Below the pieces are notes generated by a model. It ran no database searches. It saw only the letters and a program-made list of their open reading frames with translations, and was not told the DNA's origin. Of a stretch of DNA of 57,097 nucleotides, positions 19,106-27,745 are shown piece after piece (positions within the stretch are counted from its first letter, which is position 1; the number at the start of each line of letters is the position of its first letter). The stretch spans positions 1-57,097 of the forward strand of contig JAWAQK010000008.1 in assembly GCA_038893995.1 (NCBI GenBank), read 5' to 3'. The position numbers were made by a program, and so were the translations under genes. The DNA is from Candidatus Thorarchaeota archaeon. GTDB taxonomy: Archaea > Asgardarchaeota > Thorarchaeia > Thorarchaeales > Thorarchaeaceae.

Positions 19106-19969
19106 CTACGAGTAGTATTCTCTTCTCCAGATCTCGCGTCGCAGATAGTCTCCAAAGGTCCAGTTATCTATGTCTCCCGTCAGGAGCAGGCAGAACCGAT
19201 GACCATCCGGCCACTCATGATGTCTCTTCCAGTATTCGACGGCCTGTGTGACCGTCGGACACCATCCGTCTAGCTGGCGACTCTGGTCCAGGAGTTCCTC
19301 GAGGCAGGGTCGATAGGCTGGTTGACCAATCCTGATTGGATGAAGATCCAGCATGAGAACGCCTCCCGCTCTTGCAGCGCTCTTGGCCTCTGTTCTCAGC
19401 CTCCTCGACATCTGCTCCGTCGTCATGTGCAGACGATCGACCATCAGGTCATCACTCCAGATGTTCAGGGGAATGAATGTGGTCGTCAGCTCCCTGTCGC
19501 CTGCCCTCACCTTGAAGAAGTGTCCCATGCCCCTGTACTCTGGTCTGTATCCGAACCCTGCGTCCCACAGGAGTCCAGCCCGGTCTATCAAGGCCGGCAT
19601 GTCGTCTGTGTAGTTGTCGTATGGCGCTCTGAACCCTCTGACCTCAATGCCCATTCGTCTGAGTACAGCAATACTCGTGAGCAGGTCGCGTTGCCTCTGC
19701 TGGGGAGATAGATGTGAATACCGAAGATGCACATGTCCGTGACTTGCGATCTCGTGACCTCTGGTCAGGATGAGTCTCACGATGTCAGGCCGCATCGATG
19801 CAATGCTTGAAACAGTCGGAAATGTGAACCTCGAGTCATATTGGTCGAGCACGTCAAACAGGCCCCGCAGGAGTCGCAGGAACTCGACCCTATGGAGCAG
19901 GTACATCCTCAGCAACTGCCGGGGTATTGACAGTCCCCACCTATTGATGAGTGTTGCTAAGTAGCTCAT
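19106..19969 (-). CDS. Polysaccharide deacetylase (CE4/NodB-like), apparently circularly permuted
   Basis: GHEIASHGHVH, GFRAPY, LDLHP; motif-1-like WPDG...LLTGDID located at the C-terminus. Confidence 0.8.
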   Translation of the reverse strand: MSYLATLINRWGLSIPRQLLRMYLLHRVEFLRLLRGLFDVLDQYDSRFTFPTVSSIASMRPDIVRLILTRGHEIASHGHVHLRYSHLSPQQRQRDLLTSIAVLRRMGIEVRGFRAPYDNYTDDMPALIDRAGLLWDAGFGYRPEYRGMGHFFKVRAGDRELTTTFIPLNIWSDDLMVDRLHMTTEQMSRRLRTEAKSAARAGGVLMLDLHPIRIGQPAYRPCLEELLDQSRQLDGWCPTVTQAVEYWKRHHEWPDGHRFCLLLTGDIDNWTFGDYLRREIWRREYYS

Positions 19970-20024
19970 CTGGCCCGTTCTCCCGCACTCATCACGCACA
20001 TCTACAATTCAACTGGGTGTTGGT

Positions 20025-20945
20025 CTACGGTGGTACGACGAAATTGGTCGCAATCACTCGCAATACTGCGTCAGTGATCTCACGACTTGTCCGGGAGTAG
20101 ACGTACTTGCAGAGTTCGATGAACTCGTTCGTGCGTGCCTCTGCATCCTCATTGCTGGCCAGTATCTTCTTGGCCATCTTGACGACGTTTCTTACGACCT
20201 CTTTGCCAGACGGATGCTCTCCGACAGCCCTTGCTGTCTCCTGCTCAATGCCCTGAATTCTACTCTTTATCCTGATGTCGGCGATATCGTCTGACCCCAT
20301 CGACTTTACTACGTCCATCAGGACATCAAGAACACCGTTATGTAGACCGCTTATGAGGGCCTCTACTTCGTAGGCTGTGAAGTTTATCGGCTTGCCGTCC
20401 ACCACGAGCTGCCATTTCAGATCGCTCGTGCGTTTGAGTTCAATGTTGCGGTTGTCTATGCTTATGATCTCCTCATAGAACCTGCTGTCAACACTGCTGA
20501 GGACTGCAGTCTTCAAGAGGGCGGCCTCTGTGATCTTCAGGGTTGCGCTGTTGCCCCCGTTCTTGACTACTATGCACATCTTGTCCTGGGGCGGAATCTT
20601 CTGAACATAGTCAGATGCAGGAGCAACCTGGACCGGAGGTAACCTCTTGAGAAGCTCAGCGAGATGTCGTATCTCGCTCTCCGTACAGTAGTATCGTTGC
20701 TTGTCTCCAGCCAGGACTATTCTGCCGTCGTCATCCCGTTCAAACTCGATTGTATGACCACCGCCCACATCAGTGGTCTTACGATACAACTGCTTGTAGT
20801 TCCTGGCGGTCTGGGCAAGCTTCTCAAGTGCGGCGGCGATCATGTGGGCCTCGCCATAGCCGATGGTTATCTCTTCCGACCCCTCAGTGGCGCGACCAAT
20901 CCCGAGAGCACCATCCATCCTTATCTTGACGTACATGTGGTACAC
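20025..20945 (-). CDS. Hypothetical protein with four beta-strand/helix repeats and a helical C-terminus
   Basis: Long ORF with typical codon pattern; internal repeats ending in E-(A/I/V)-x-x-L helices. Confidence 0.7.
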   Translation of the reverse strand: MYHMYVKIRMDGALGIGRATEGSEEITIGYGEAHMIAAALEKLAQTARNYKQLYRKTTDVGGGHTIEFERDDDGRIVLAGDKQRYYCTESEIRHLAELLKRLPPVQVAPASDYVQKIPPQDKMCIVVKNGGNSATLKITEAALLKTAVLSSVDSRFYEEIISIDNRNIELKRTSDLKWQLVVDGKPINFTAYEVEALISGLHNGVLDVLMDVVKSMGSDDIADIRIKSRIQGIEQETARAVGEHPSGKEVVRNVVKMAKKILASNEDAEARTNEFIELCKYVYSRTSREITDAVLRVIATNFVVPP

Positions 20946-21032
20946 TCATCCGAATAGTCTAAGCACCAATTGAAATCTGTTGTGGCTGGTGGGACCAGCC
21001 CTCAGGCAGAGGCACATGGTCCTCTGCCTGGA

Positions 21033-21392
21033 TCAGATGGTGTCCGTGACATCAAAGGCCAGCTTGCCGACTTCCTTCGTTGTGAGGGATATGTCCAATT
21101 TGTGCTGTCCCGGGCTGAGGCTGGGAGCTTTTACATGCAGAGTGATCTCCACTCCCACCTTGATTGGAAATGCGTTGTTTGGGGCAATCTTTGATGCCTC
21201 TACCTCGGTACCCTCGGCTGAGATCTTCAGTGAATCTAGAGGATACTCAACGCCATCCACCTTTATTGGGTCGATACCGATGGCCGTGCCATTGCTTAGG
21301 GAGTTCTTTATCTTGAACTCGAAGCCAAGATCGGTGTTCTTGAGGCTCCCCTTCACGTAGAGCTTCCTGAGCAAGAATACTGGGACTTGCAT
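21033..21392 (-). CDS. Conserved small beta-rich protein (LRKLYVKGSLKN family)
   Basis: MQVPVFLLRKLYVKGSLKNT start, Ig-like beta pattern; ATG at 21392. Confidence 0.75.
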   Translation of the reverse strand: MQVPVFLLRKLYVKGSLKNTDLGFEFKIKNSLSNGTAIGIDPIKVDGVEYPLDSLKISAEGTEVEASKIAPNNAFPIKVGVEITLHVKAPSLSPGQHKLDISLTTKEVGKLAFDVTDTI

Positions 21393-21595
21393 CTTGAATC
21401 TTCTCCATTCCCTGCTGTGGGATACAAGATGAAACGGACAGCGGCCATTTATAGATTCCGAACAGCACTGAGTGACAGCGAGGACATGCATCCGTTCACT
21501 GGCGGTGTGATGTGCCATCCGACATGATCTCTCTGCCGGCCTTGGAGTGAGTCTCTCCGGAAGATTCTATAACACATCCGATTGCGCTGCGGCCG

Positions 21596-22648
21596 GTGAA
21601 CCGCATGAGAGCACTGGTGAAGACAGAGCGTGGACCTGACAACCTGGAGCTTATGGAGATTGATGATCCCCGCCCCGGCCCCGATGAGGTCCTGGTCGAG
21701 GTCGCAGCTGCGGGAATATGTGGCTCTGATGTTCACATAAAACACGGTACTGCCTCTTACGATCCTCCCGTGGTGATCGGACACGAGTACTCTGGGCGGG
21801 TGGTTGAAGTCGGAGAGAGAGTCAGCGGTGTCCAGGTCGGCGACCGAGTCACCTCTCCCGCGACGGCATACTGTGGCAAGTGTCATGCATGCAGGACGGG
21901 GCACATGAACAGATGTACTGATCCCACACGCAGGATCCTCGGCTATTCGCGTGCCAACGGTGCCTTCGCGAGATATGTGGCGGTGCCGGCATACATTGTA
22001 CATAGGATCCCGGATGGGCTCTCCCTCGAGGAGGCAGCACTGGCCGAGCCCACAGCATGTGTGGTTCACACGATTGCAGAACTCACCCCCATCCGACCAG
22101 GTGATGTTGTAGTCGTCCAGGGTCCTGGTACCACAGGACTCATTGCTCTACAGGTGGCACGCTCGATGGGCGCCGCAAGGGTGATTGTCACTGGTGTGAC
22201 GACAGACACCTGGAGACTCGAGATAGCCAAGAGGTTAGGTGCAGACCTCACAATCGATGTCCAGGCCGAGAAGGACCCTGTGGCAATAGTCAAGGAGGAA
22301 TCTGATGGAGTTGGCGCCGACGTCGTCATAGAGGCATCTGGTTCTGGAGCCGCGCGTAGGCAGGCGTTCGAGTTCGTCAAGACAGCGGGATATGTCTCCC
22401 TGATAGGCATTCAGGGACGGCAGACCGAGATAAACATGGATCATATTGTCATGAAGGAGTTACATGTTCTTGGCACATGGGGCACCCTGCCATCCACCTG
22501 GATCATGACCCTGAGGATGATGGCCTCTGGAAAGGTGGACGTGCGCCCACTCATCACACACAGAATTCGTCTGAGTGACTGGAGTCGTGGGTTTGAGCTG
22601 ATGGAGAAGCAACAGGCCATAAAGGTCCTCTTCACAGACATGACCTGA
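21596..22648 (+). CDS. Zn-dependent medium-chain alcohol/polyol dehydrogenase
   Basis: GICGSD, GHE, CGKCHAC...C structural Zn site, GPGTTG nucleotide-binding loop. Confidence 0.9.
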   Translation: MNRMRALVKTERGPDNLELMEIDDPRPGPDEVLVEVAAAGICGSDVHIKHGTASYDPPVVIGHEYSGRVVEVGERVSGVQVGDRVTSPATAYCGKCHACRTGHMNRCTDPTRRILGYSRANGAFARYVAVPAYIVHRIPDGLSLEEAALAEPTACVVHTIAELTPIRPGDVVVVQGPGTTGLIALQVARSMGAARVIVTGVTTDTWRLEIAKRLGADLTIDVQAEKDPVAIVKEESDGVGADVVIEASGSGAARRQAFEFVKTAGYVSLIGIQGRQTEINMDHIVMKELHVLGTWGTLPSTWIMTLRMMASGKVDVRPLITHRIRLSDWSRGFELMEKQQAIKVLFTDMT

Positions 22649-22654
22649 GCAGGC

Positions 22655-23005
22655 CTACTTGCTCTTCGGTGACCACAGGTCTAGGCAATCTTGAACTATA
22701 CCAATATGTGATACTGCCGGGCCCCCACCCATGACTATTGCGACAGCGCAGGCCTCCATTATCTCCTCTCTGGTGGCTCCAGCCTCGAGTGCCTTCTTCG
22801 TGTGATAGACAATGCAGGACTCACATGGTGCAAGTACCGATGCCACTATGCAGATTATCTCCTTGAACTTGGCTGAGAGGTGCCCATCAACATGTACCGT
22901 CTTCAACAGGTCCGTGAAGGCATTTCGTGTCTCTGGAATGTCACGGTTCAGCGCACCAAAGTGCTTCATGAAGCTCTTCAGTGTCTTCTCTACATCCTCT
23001 GTCAC
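22655..23005 (-). CDS. Carboxymuconolactone decarboxylase/AhpD family protein
   Basis: LSAKFKEII, CESCIVYH, GATREEI.EA, MGGGP. Confidence 0.85.
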   Translation of the reverse strand: MTEDVEKTLKSFMKHFGALNRDIPETRNAFTDLLKTVHVDGHLSAKFKEIICIVASVLAPCESCIVYHTKKALEAGATREEIMEACAVAIVMGGGPAVSHIGIVQDCLDLWSPKSK

Positions 23006-23008
23006 AGT

Positions 23009-23869
23009 CTAGTCCTCCGGGTCGCCATCGGGGTGCGTCTCGACCAGTACACCTAGATTCCACTCTGGCCGGCGATATCTCTCATGATATAAAGACTCCG
23101 CAGTCCTGAGTTCCTCTCCGCTGATGACTCCATCCAGGATCCTCTCACCCGCCAGTCGTTCCATACCCCTAACAATAGCTGCTCTGATCTCGGTTTCTGA
23201 GGGACCGTCGGGATAGTGATCTCTGATATTGCATACGACGTCTCTCCTACTCTCGACACATCTGACTCTGGCAGGCTCTCTGAGGTACACTGGCTGGTCG
23301 GGCTGAGGTGACAGTGCATTCCGGAGCATCGTAAGATCGCTCTCTATCAAGAGAGTCCCGTGGACAAACGATGTCCCCTGTCGAATCCACCCTGCAGTTC
23401 CAGTCACCTTGTAGTCACCAAGCCGGATCGAGTTGTGGATGGGGTCGAACGACGCCATGATTCCAATGTCCTGTAGGGACATGGCGATGGCTCCTACGTA
23501 CTCTCGGTATAGCTCGTGAATTGTACGAGGCACCGAAGGAGTAGACTGTTTGAGGCACAGTGCGAAGTTCAGGCATCCTTCGTCCACAAATACACATCCT
23601 CCCCCTGTAAACCGTCTACACATCGCTATGCCCTTCTGCAGACAGTATGTCAGATTGACCTCGCGATGCAGACACTGAAAGCGGCCCATGACCACAGCGG
23701 GATACGATTTCCAGAACCTCAGCGTGTTCGGCGCGTCCTCCTGGACTGCTGCGGTTCTGACAATGGCCTCCTCAACTGCAAGACCCATATAGGGGTCTCG
23801 AGTTCCATCTTCCAACAGACGCCATCTCATGTCACCGGTACACTCTGGATAGAGTGAGGGGCTCTCCAT
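23009..23869 (-). CDS. lplA: Lipoate-protein ligase A family
   Basis: RRFTGGG.V, KVTGTA, HGTLL; downstream of the E2 gene. Confidence 0.85.
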   Translation of the reverse strand: MESPSLYPECTGDMRWRLLEDGTRDPYMGLAVEEAIVRTAAVQEDAPNTLRFWKSYPAVVMGRFQCLHREVNLTYCLQKGIAMCRRFTGGGCVFVDEGCLNFALCLKQSTPSVPRTIHELYREYVGAIAMSLQDIGIMASFDPIHNSIRLGDYKVTGTAGWIRQGTSFVHGTLLIESDLTMLRNALSPQPDQPVYLREPARVRCVESRRDVVCNIRDHYPDGPSETEIRAAIVRGMERLAGERILDGVISGEELRTAESLYHERYRRPEWNLGVLVETHPDGDPED

Positions 23870-23931
23870 ATAACAACGTCACGGTGATCTGCCCGGACGT
23901 GCCCGTATCGGCTCTCCTCTCCCGAGCGTCC

Positions 23932-25176
23932 TCAGATCTTGAGGAAGTACGGGTTCTCAAGAGTATCCTTCAGTGCGGATAGAAACTGCCCTGCATGAGC
24001 TCCGTCCAGTACCCGGTGATCAACTGCACAGCTCACCATCATCATGTGGCGAATGGCGATCATGTCGTCAATCACGACGGGCTTCTTCTTGATCTGTCCC
24101 AACGCGAGAATGGCGGTCTCAGGAGGGTTGATCAGAGGAATGAACAGGTCCACGTTGAATGGCCCGAGGTTCGACACCGTGAACGTCGATCCTGTCATCT
24201 CTTCCGGCTTGAGGGAGTTCTCGCGTGCCTTTCTTGCCAGTGCCTTGGTTTCCTGAGCGATCTCAGTGACCGATTTCTTGTTTGCGTCCCTCACTGTGAC
24301 GACGATGAGACCTGCATCCGTGGCCATTGCCACGCCGATAGAGATGTCTGCAAAACAGTGCAGGTCGTTCCCGATCAGCGTTGCATTGAATCGCGGGAAC
24401 CTCTCCAGAGTGTCCGCCACGGCCTTCACGATGATGTCGTTGAAGGACACCCTGATGCCGAGCATCTTCTCGGTCCTCTGGTTGATCTCCTCCCGCAGAG
24501 CCACGACCTGCGTCATGTCAATCTCAGTGATCATTGTGATGTGTGGTACTTGGGAGCTCTGCGTCATCCTCCTGGCAATGGTCCTCCTCAGGGGGGACAG
24601 AGGCTCGACAGACTTCACTTTGCGATCCTGTATCAGTACAGTGGGCGATAGCTCCTGATGGGAAACAGAGGCGTGTGCCAGCACATCTCTCTCTACGATT
24701 CGTCCTTCAGGTCCCGAGCCCGTAACCAGTGAGAGGTCAACTCCCTTCTCTCTTGCAATCATCCGCGCTCGGGGGGATGCCCTCACGCGGCCTCCTGGCA
24801 GCCGGGACTCGGCTGACTCAGGTCTTGAGACCGTGACCTGTGGTTGAGCTGATGTTGGTCTGGCCTCGACCGGTGTCACCGCCTGCTGCGATGAGGGCCG
24901 ATTCAGGATGCGGGGGCGGACATCCGGTATCTTCTCTCCCGGCTGTCCAATGATCGCTATGGGTTCGCTTATTGGGACCTCATCATTGACGTCGCACAGG
25001 ATCTTCAGGAGTATTCCGCTCTCTGGCGCCTCGAGCTCGAATTCGTTCTTCTCGCCGAATATCTCCACGACAGGATCGCCCTTCTTTACCTCGTCGCCCT
25101 CATTCTTGAGCCACTTGAGGATGACTCCGTATTCCATGGCGACGCTCATCCTCTGCATTATCATCGTGGTGACCAT
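23932..25176 (-). CDS. 2-oxoacid/acetoin dehydrogenase E2 dihydrolipoamide acyltransferase
   Basis: N-terminal lipoyl domain, E3-binding ASPRAR...GSGPEGRI, catalytic DHRVLDG. Confidence 0.92.
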   Translation of the reverse strand: MVTTMIMQRMSVAMEYGVILKWLKNEGDEVKKGDPVVEIFGEKNEFELEAPESGILLKILCDVNDEVPISEPIAIIGQPGEKIPDVRPRILNRPSSQQAVTPVEARPTSAQPQVTVSRPESAESRLPGGRVRASPRARMIAREKGVDLSLVTGSGPEGRIVERDVLAHASVSHQELSPTVLIQDRKVKSVEPLSPLRRTIARRMTQSSQVPHITMITEIDMTQVVALREEINQRTEKMLGIRVSFNDIIVKAVADTLERFPRFNATLIGNDLHCFADISIGVAMATDAGLIVVTVRDANKKSVTEIAQETKALARKARENSLKPEEMTGSTFTVSNLGPFNVDLFIPLINPPETAILALGQIKKKPVVIDDMIAIRHMMMVSCAVDHRVLDGAHAGQFLSALKDTLENPYFLKI

Positions 25177-25201
25177 TCGCTCTTATCATCTCCGTCTGAC
25201 T

Positions 25202-26176
25202 CTAGACTATCTCGCGTATCGCCTGTGCGATTCTGTTCTCGTCAGGAATGAAGTAGTTCTCCAGAGGAGGACTGAACGGCACCGGGGTGTCTGGTGCGTT
25301 CACTCTCTTGATGGGTGCATCAAGCCAGTCAAACGCGAGCTCCTGCACCAGTGCCGCCACCTCCGCCGTCGTCGCACCGGTCTTGGTCTCCTCTGTGACG
25401 AGGACCAGCCTACCTGTCTTCTTCACTGAGTTGATCAGTGTCTTTGTGTCAAGCGGCACCAGCGTCCTCGGGTCAATCACCTCGACGCTTATTCCCTCCT
25501 TGGCGAGAGACTCGGCAACATTCAGGGCCTTGTGTACCATCATGAAGGTCCCCCATACTGTAACGTCGTCGCCCTCTCTCCTCACCCTTGCCTGACCAAA
25601 TGGTATGAGGTATTCGTCTGAGGGCACTTCCTCCTTCTTGTCGTAGACGAGCTTGTGCTCGAAGAACATGACCGGGTCCGGATCTCTGATTGCAGTCTTG
25701 ATCAGACCCTTGACGTCATATGCAAATGCGGGAACTGCAACCTTCAGACCTGGGGTGTGCATGAACCATGCCTCAAGGCTCTGTGAGTGATGCGAGGCAA
25801 TGTTCTTGCCCCCACCGAAGACGGTCCTCACGACAAGAGGTACCGACGTCTGACCTCCGAACATGTATCTCATCTTCGCGGCCTGATTGCAGACCTGGTC
25901 CATTGCGAGTGCAATCAGGTCACCGAACATTATCTCGGCCACGGGTCTGAGTCCTGTGATTGCTGCTCCGATGGCGGCCCCGACAATGGTATTCTCCGAG
26001 ATGGGCGTGTCCCTGACTCTCTCGTCCCCAAACTCCTCGGCCAGTCCCTTCGTGACGCTGAAGGCACCTCCCCAGTTCCTACCTATGTCCTCGCCGAGCA
26101 GGAATACTCGCTCGTCCCTGAGCATCTCCTCCCTAATGCCTGCTCTGAGCGCATCACGGTATGTCATTTCGGGCAT
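25202..26176 (-). CDS. 2-oxoacid/acetoin dehydrogenase E1 beta subunit
   Basis: GEDIG, DTPISE, EIMFGD, HSQSLE, FFEHK. Confidence 0.93.
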   Translation of the reverse strand: MPEMTYRDALRAGIREEMLRDERVFLLGEDIGRNWGGAFSVTKGLAEEFGDERVRDTPISENTIVGAAIGAAITGLRPVAEIMFGDLIALAMDQVCNQAAKMRYMFGGQTSVPLVVRTVFGGGKNIASHHSQSLEAWFMHTPGLKVAVPAFAYDVKGLIKTAIRDPDPVMFFEHKLVYDKKEEVPSDEYLIPFGQARVRREGDDVTVWGTFMMVHKALNVAESLAKEGISVEVIDPRTLVPLDTKTLINSVKKTGRLVLVTEETKTGATTAEVAALVQELAFDWLDAPIKRVNAPDTPVPFSPPLENYFIPDENRIAQAIREIV

Positions 26177-27198
26177 CAGATCACCTCCGCGAAGACGTCA
26201 TCCAGAGTCTCCTTCGGGTCCGGATATTCAGACTTGAGGGCAAAGTCTGCGGCTTCGTCGACCTCCTTCTGGAGTGACTTTCGTATCTTCTCGCACTCCT
26301 TCTCAGTCAGAGCACCCTTCTCAATCGCGATATTCTTGATTATCTGAACAGCGTCCCTGCTCAGCCAGTATTCTGCCTCCTCCTTGGGTCGGTACTTGGC
26401 AGCATCGAATCTCGAATGGCCCTTCATCCTGTACGTCTTACACTCAATGAGAGTTGGTCCCTCTCCTCTTCTTGCGCGGGCCACTGCCTCTGAGGCAGCT
26501 GTGTATACATCTAGGGCGTTGTTTCCGTCTACCACGACGCTGGGGATACAATATCCCTCGGCTCTCTTGGCTATGTCAGTTGTGGGACATGTAAGCCTGA
26601 TCGGAGTCCCCATAGCGTAGAGGTTGTTCTCAAGTACCCATATCACTGGGAGTTTCCAGATAGCTGACATGTTCAGGGACTCACCAAAGGTGCCATTGTT
26701 ACTGGCACCGTCACCGAAGTAACAGACAACCACGGAGTCGGTCTTCCTCATCTTGCAAGAGAGTGCGGCTCCTACTGCGATGGGCAGTCCAGAGGCAACG
26801 ACTCCAGTAGCGCCCAGTACGCCGACGTCGAACTGAGTTATATGCATTGAACCCCCTTTCCCCTTGCATGATCCTGTCTTCTTACCAAGAAGCTCAGCAA
26901 GTGCGGACTTCATGTCAGCGCCCTTTGCTATGACGTGGCCGTGGCCCCTGTGGGTACTCTGGACGTAGTCGTCCGGTCTGAGCGCTGCTGTCACTCCTGC
27001 AGCTACGGCCTCTTGTCCAAGATACAGATGAAGTGTTCCGGGGACAAGATTCTGACCAAATAGGTCCCAGACTTTCTCTTCAAACAGTCTGACCTTTAGA
27101 GTCAGTGTGTACAGGCTTGTCAAGACCGACTTATCGTCTGTCGTAGGCTCATCCCTGCCCGTATTCGGTTTGGGAGTGAGGCCACTGGCTGCGTACAT
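26176..27198 (-). CDS. 2-oxoacid/acetoin dehydrogenase E1 alpha subunit
   Basis: HLYLGQEA, THRGHGH, GKGGSMH, TPP motif GDGASN...NN, YRMKGHS; start uncertain. Confidence 0.9.
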   Translation of the reverse strand: MYAASGLTPKPNTGRDEPTTDDKSVLTSLYTLTLKVRLFEEKVWDLFGQNLVPGTLHLYLGQEAVAAGVTAALRPDDYVQSTHRGHGHVIAKGADMKSALAELLGKKTGSCKGKGGSMHITQFDVGVLGATGVVASGLPIAVGAALSCKMRKTDSVVVCYFGDGASNNGTFGESLNMSAIWKLPVIWVLENNLYAMGTPIRLTCPTTDIAKRAEGYCIPSVVVDGNNALDVYTAASEAVARARRGEGPTLIECKTYRMKGHSRFDAAKYRPKEEAEYWLSRDAVQIIKNIAIEKGALTEKECEKIRKSLQKEVDEAADFALKSEYPDPKETLDDVFAEVI

Positions 27199-27395
27199 AA
27201 AGGCATCGAAGCCACACCATACCTCCGAAATGGAGGCGTCAGCCAACTTCCGGAGCCAGTGCGGGGCCAGTCTGTCAATTGAATACGCAAGATTAATAGG
27301 CAAACTTGCCGATTGTATTGCGCTTGTAGATGTCGTTGCCACATATTCCCGAGAATGCCAGTGGCAGCTCATCCAGAACCGGAGGCAATGCGAAT

Positions 27396-27596
27396 ATGAA
27401 TCGTGAGAAACGCGACAAAGTCAGGATCGACCCGCGCGACTGGCCGGAGCTTGACAGACAGAATGTCATGGTAGCAAGGATGAGCGCTGACCGCGAAGAC
27501 TACCACGTCCACATTGAATTGGACGAGCTCACAGTAGATGATTCGCTCAGGAACGAGCAAGGACTGTCATCCAGAGGACTCAGCAAATGTGAGTGA
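27396..27596 (+). CDS. Small hypothetical protein
   Basis: ATG preceded by GGAGG-like sequence; protein-like composition (MNREKRDKVRIDPRDWPELD...). Confidence 0.4.
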   Translation: MNREKRDKVRIDPRDWPELDRQNVMVARMSADREDYHVHIELDELTVDDSLRNEQGLSSRGLSKCE

Positions 27597-27745
27597 GATC
27601 TTCGTGACGAGGTCACGAGTTCGGTGACGACAGTGCCCATCAAGAACTCTGTCCCCGTTGCCCGTTTCTCACAGCCTGGCCGGCACACCATCTATGTTTC
27701 AGAGAGAGGTATCTCGGGAGTGCTCAGGTCCAGACGGACAGTCGT

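Noticed and set aside
27601-27620. Short hairpin ttcgtgac-gag-gtcacgag after the small ORF
   Set aside because: A single short stem is expected by chance at this GC content; no further support
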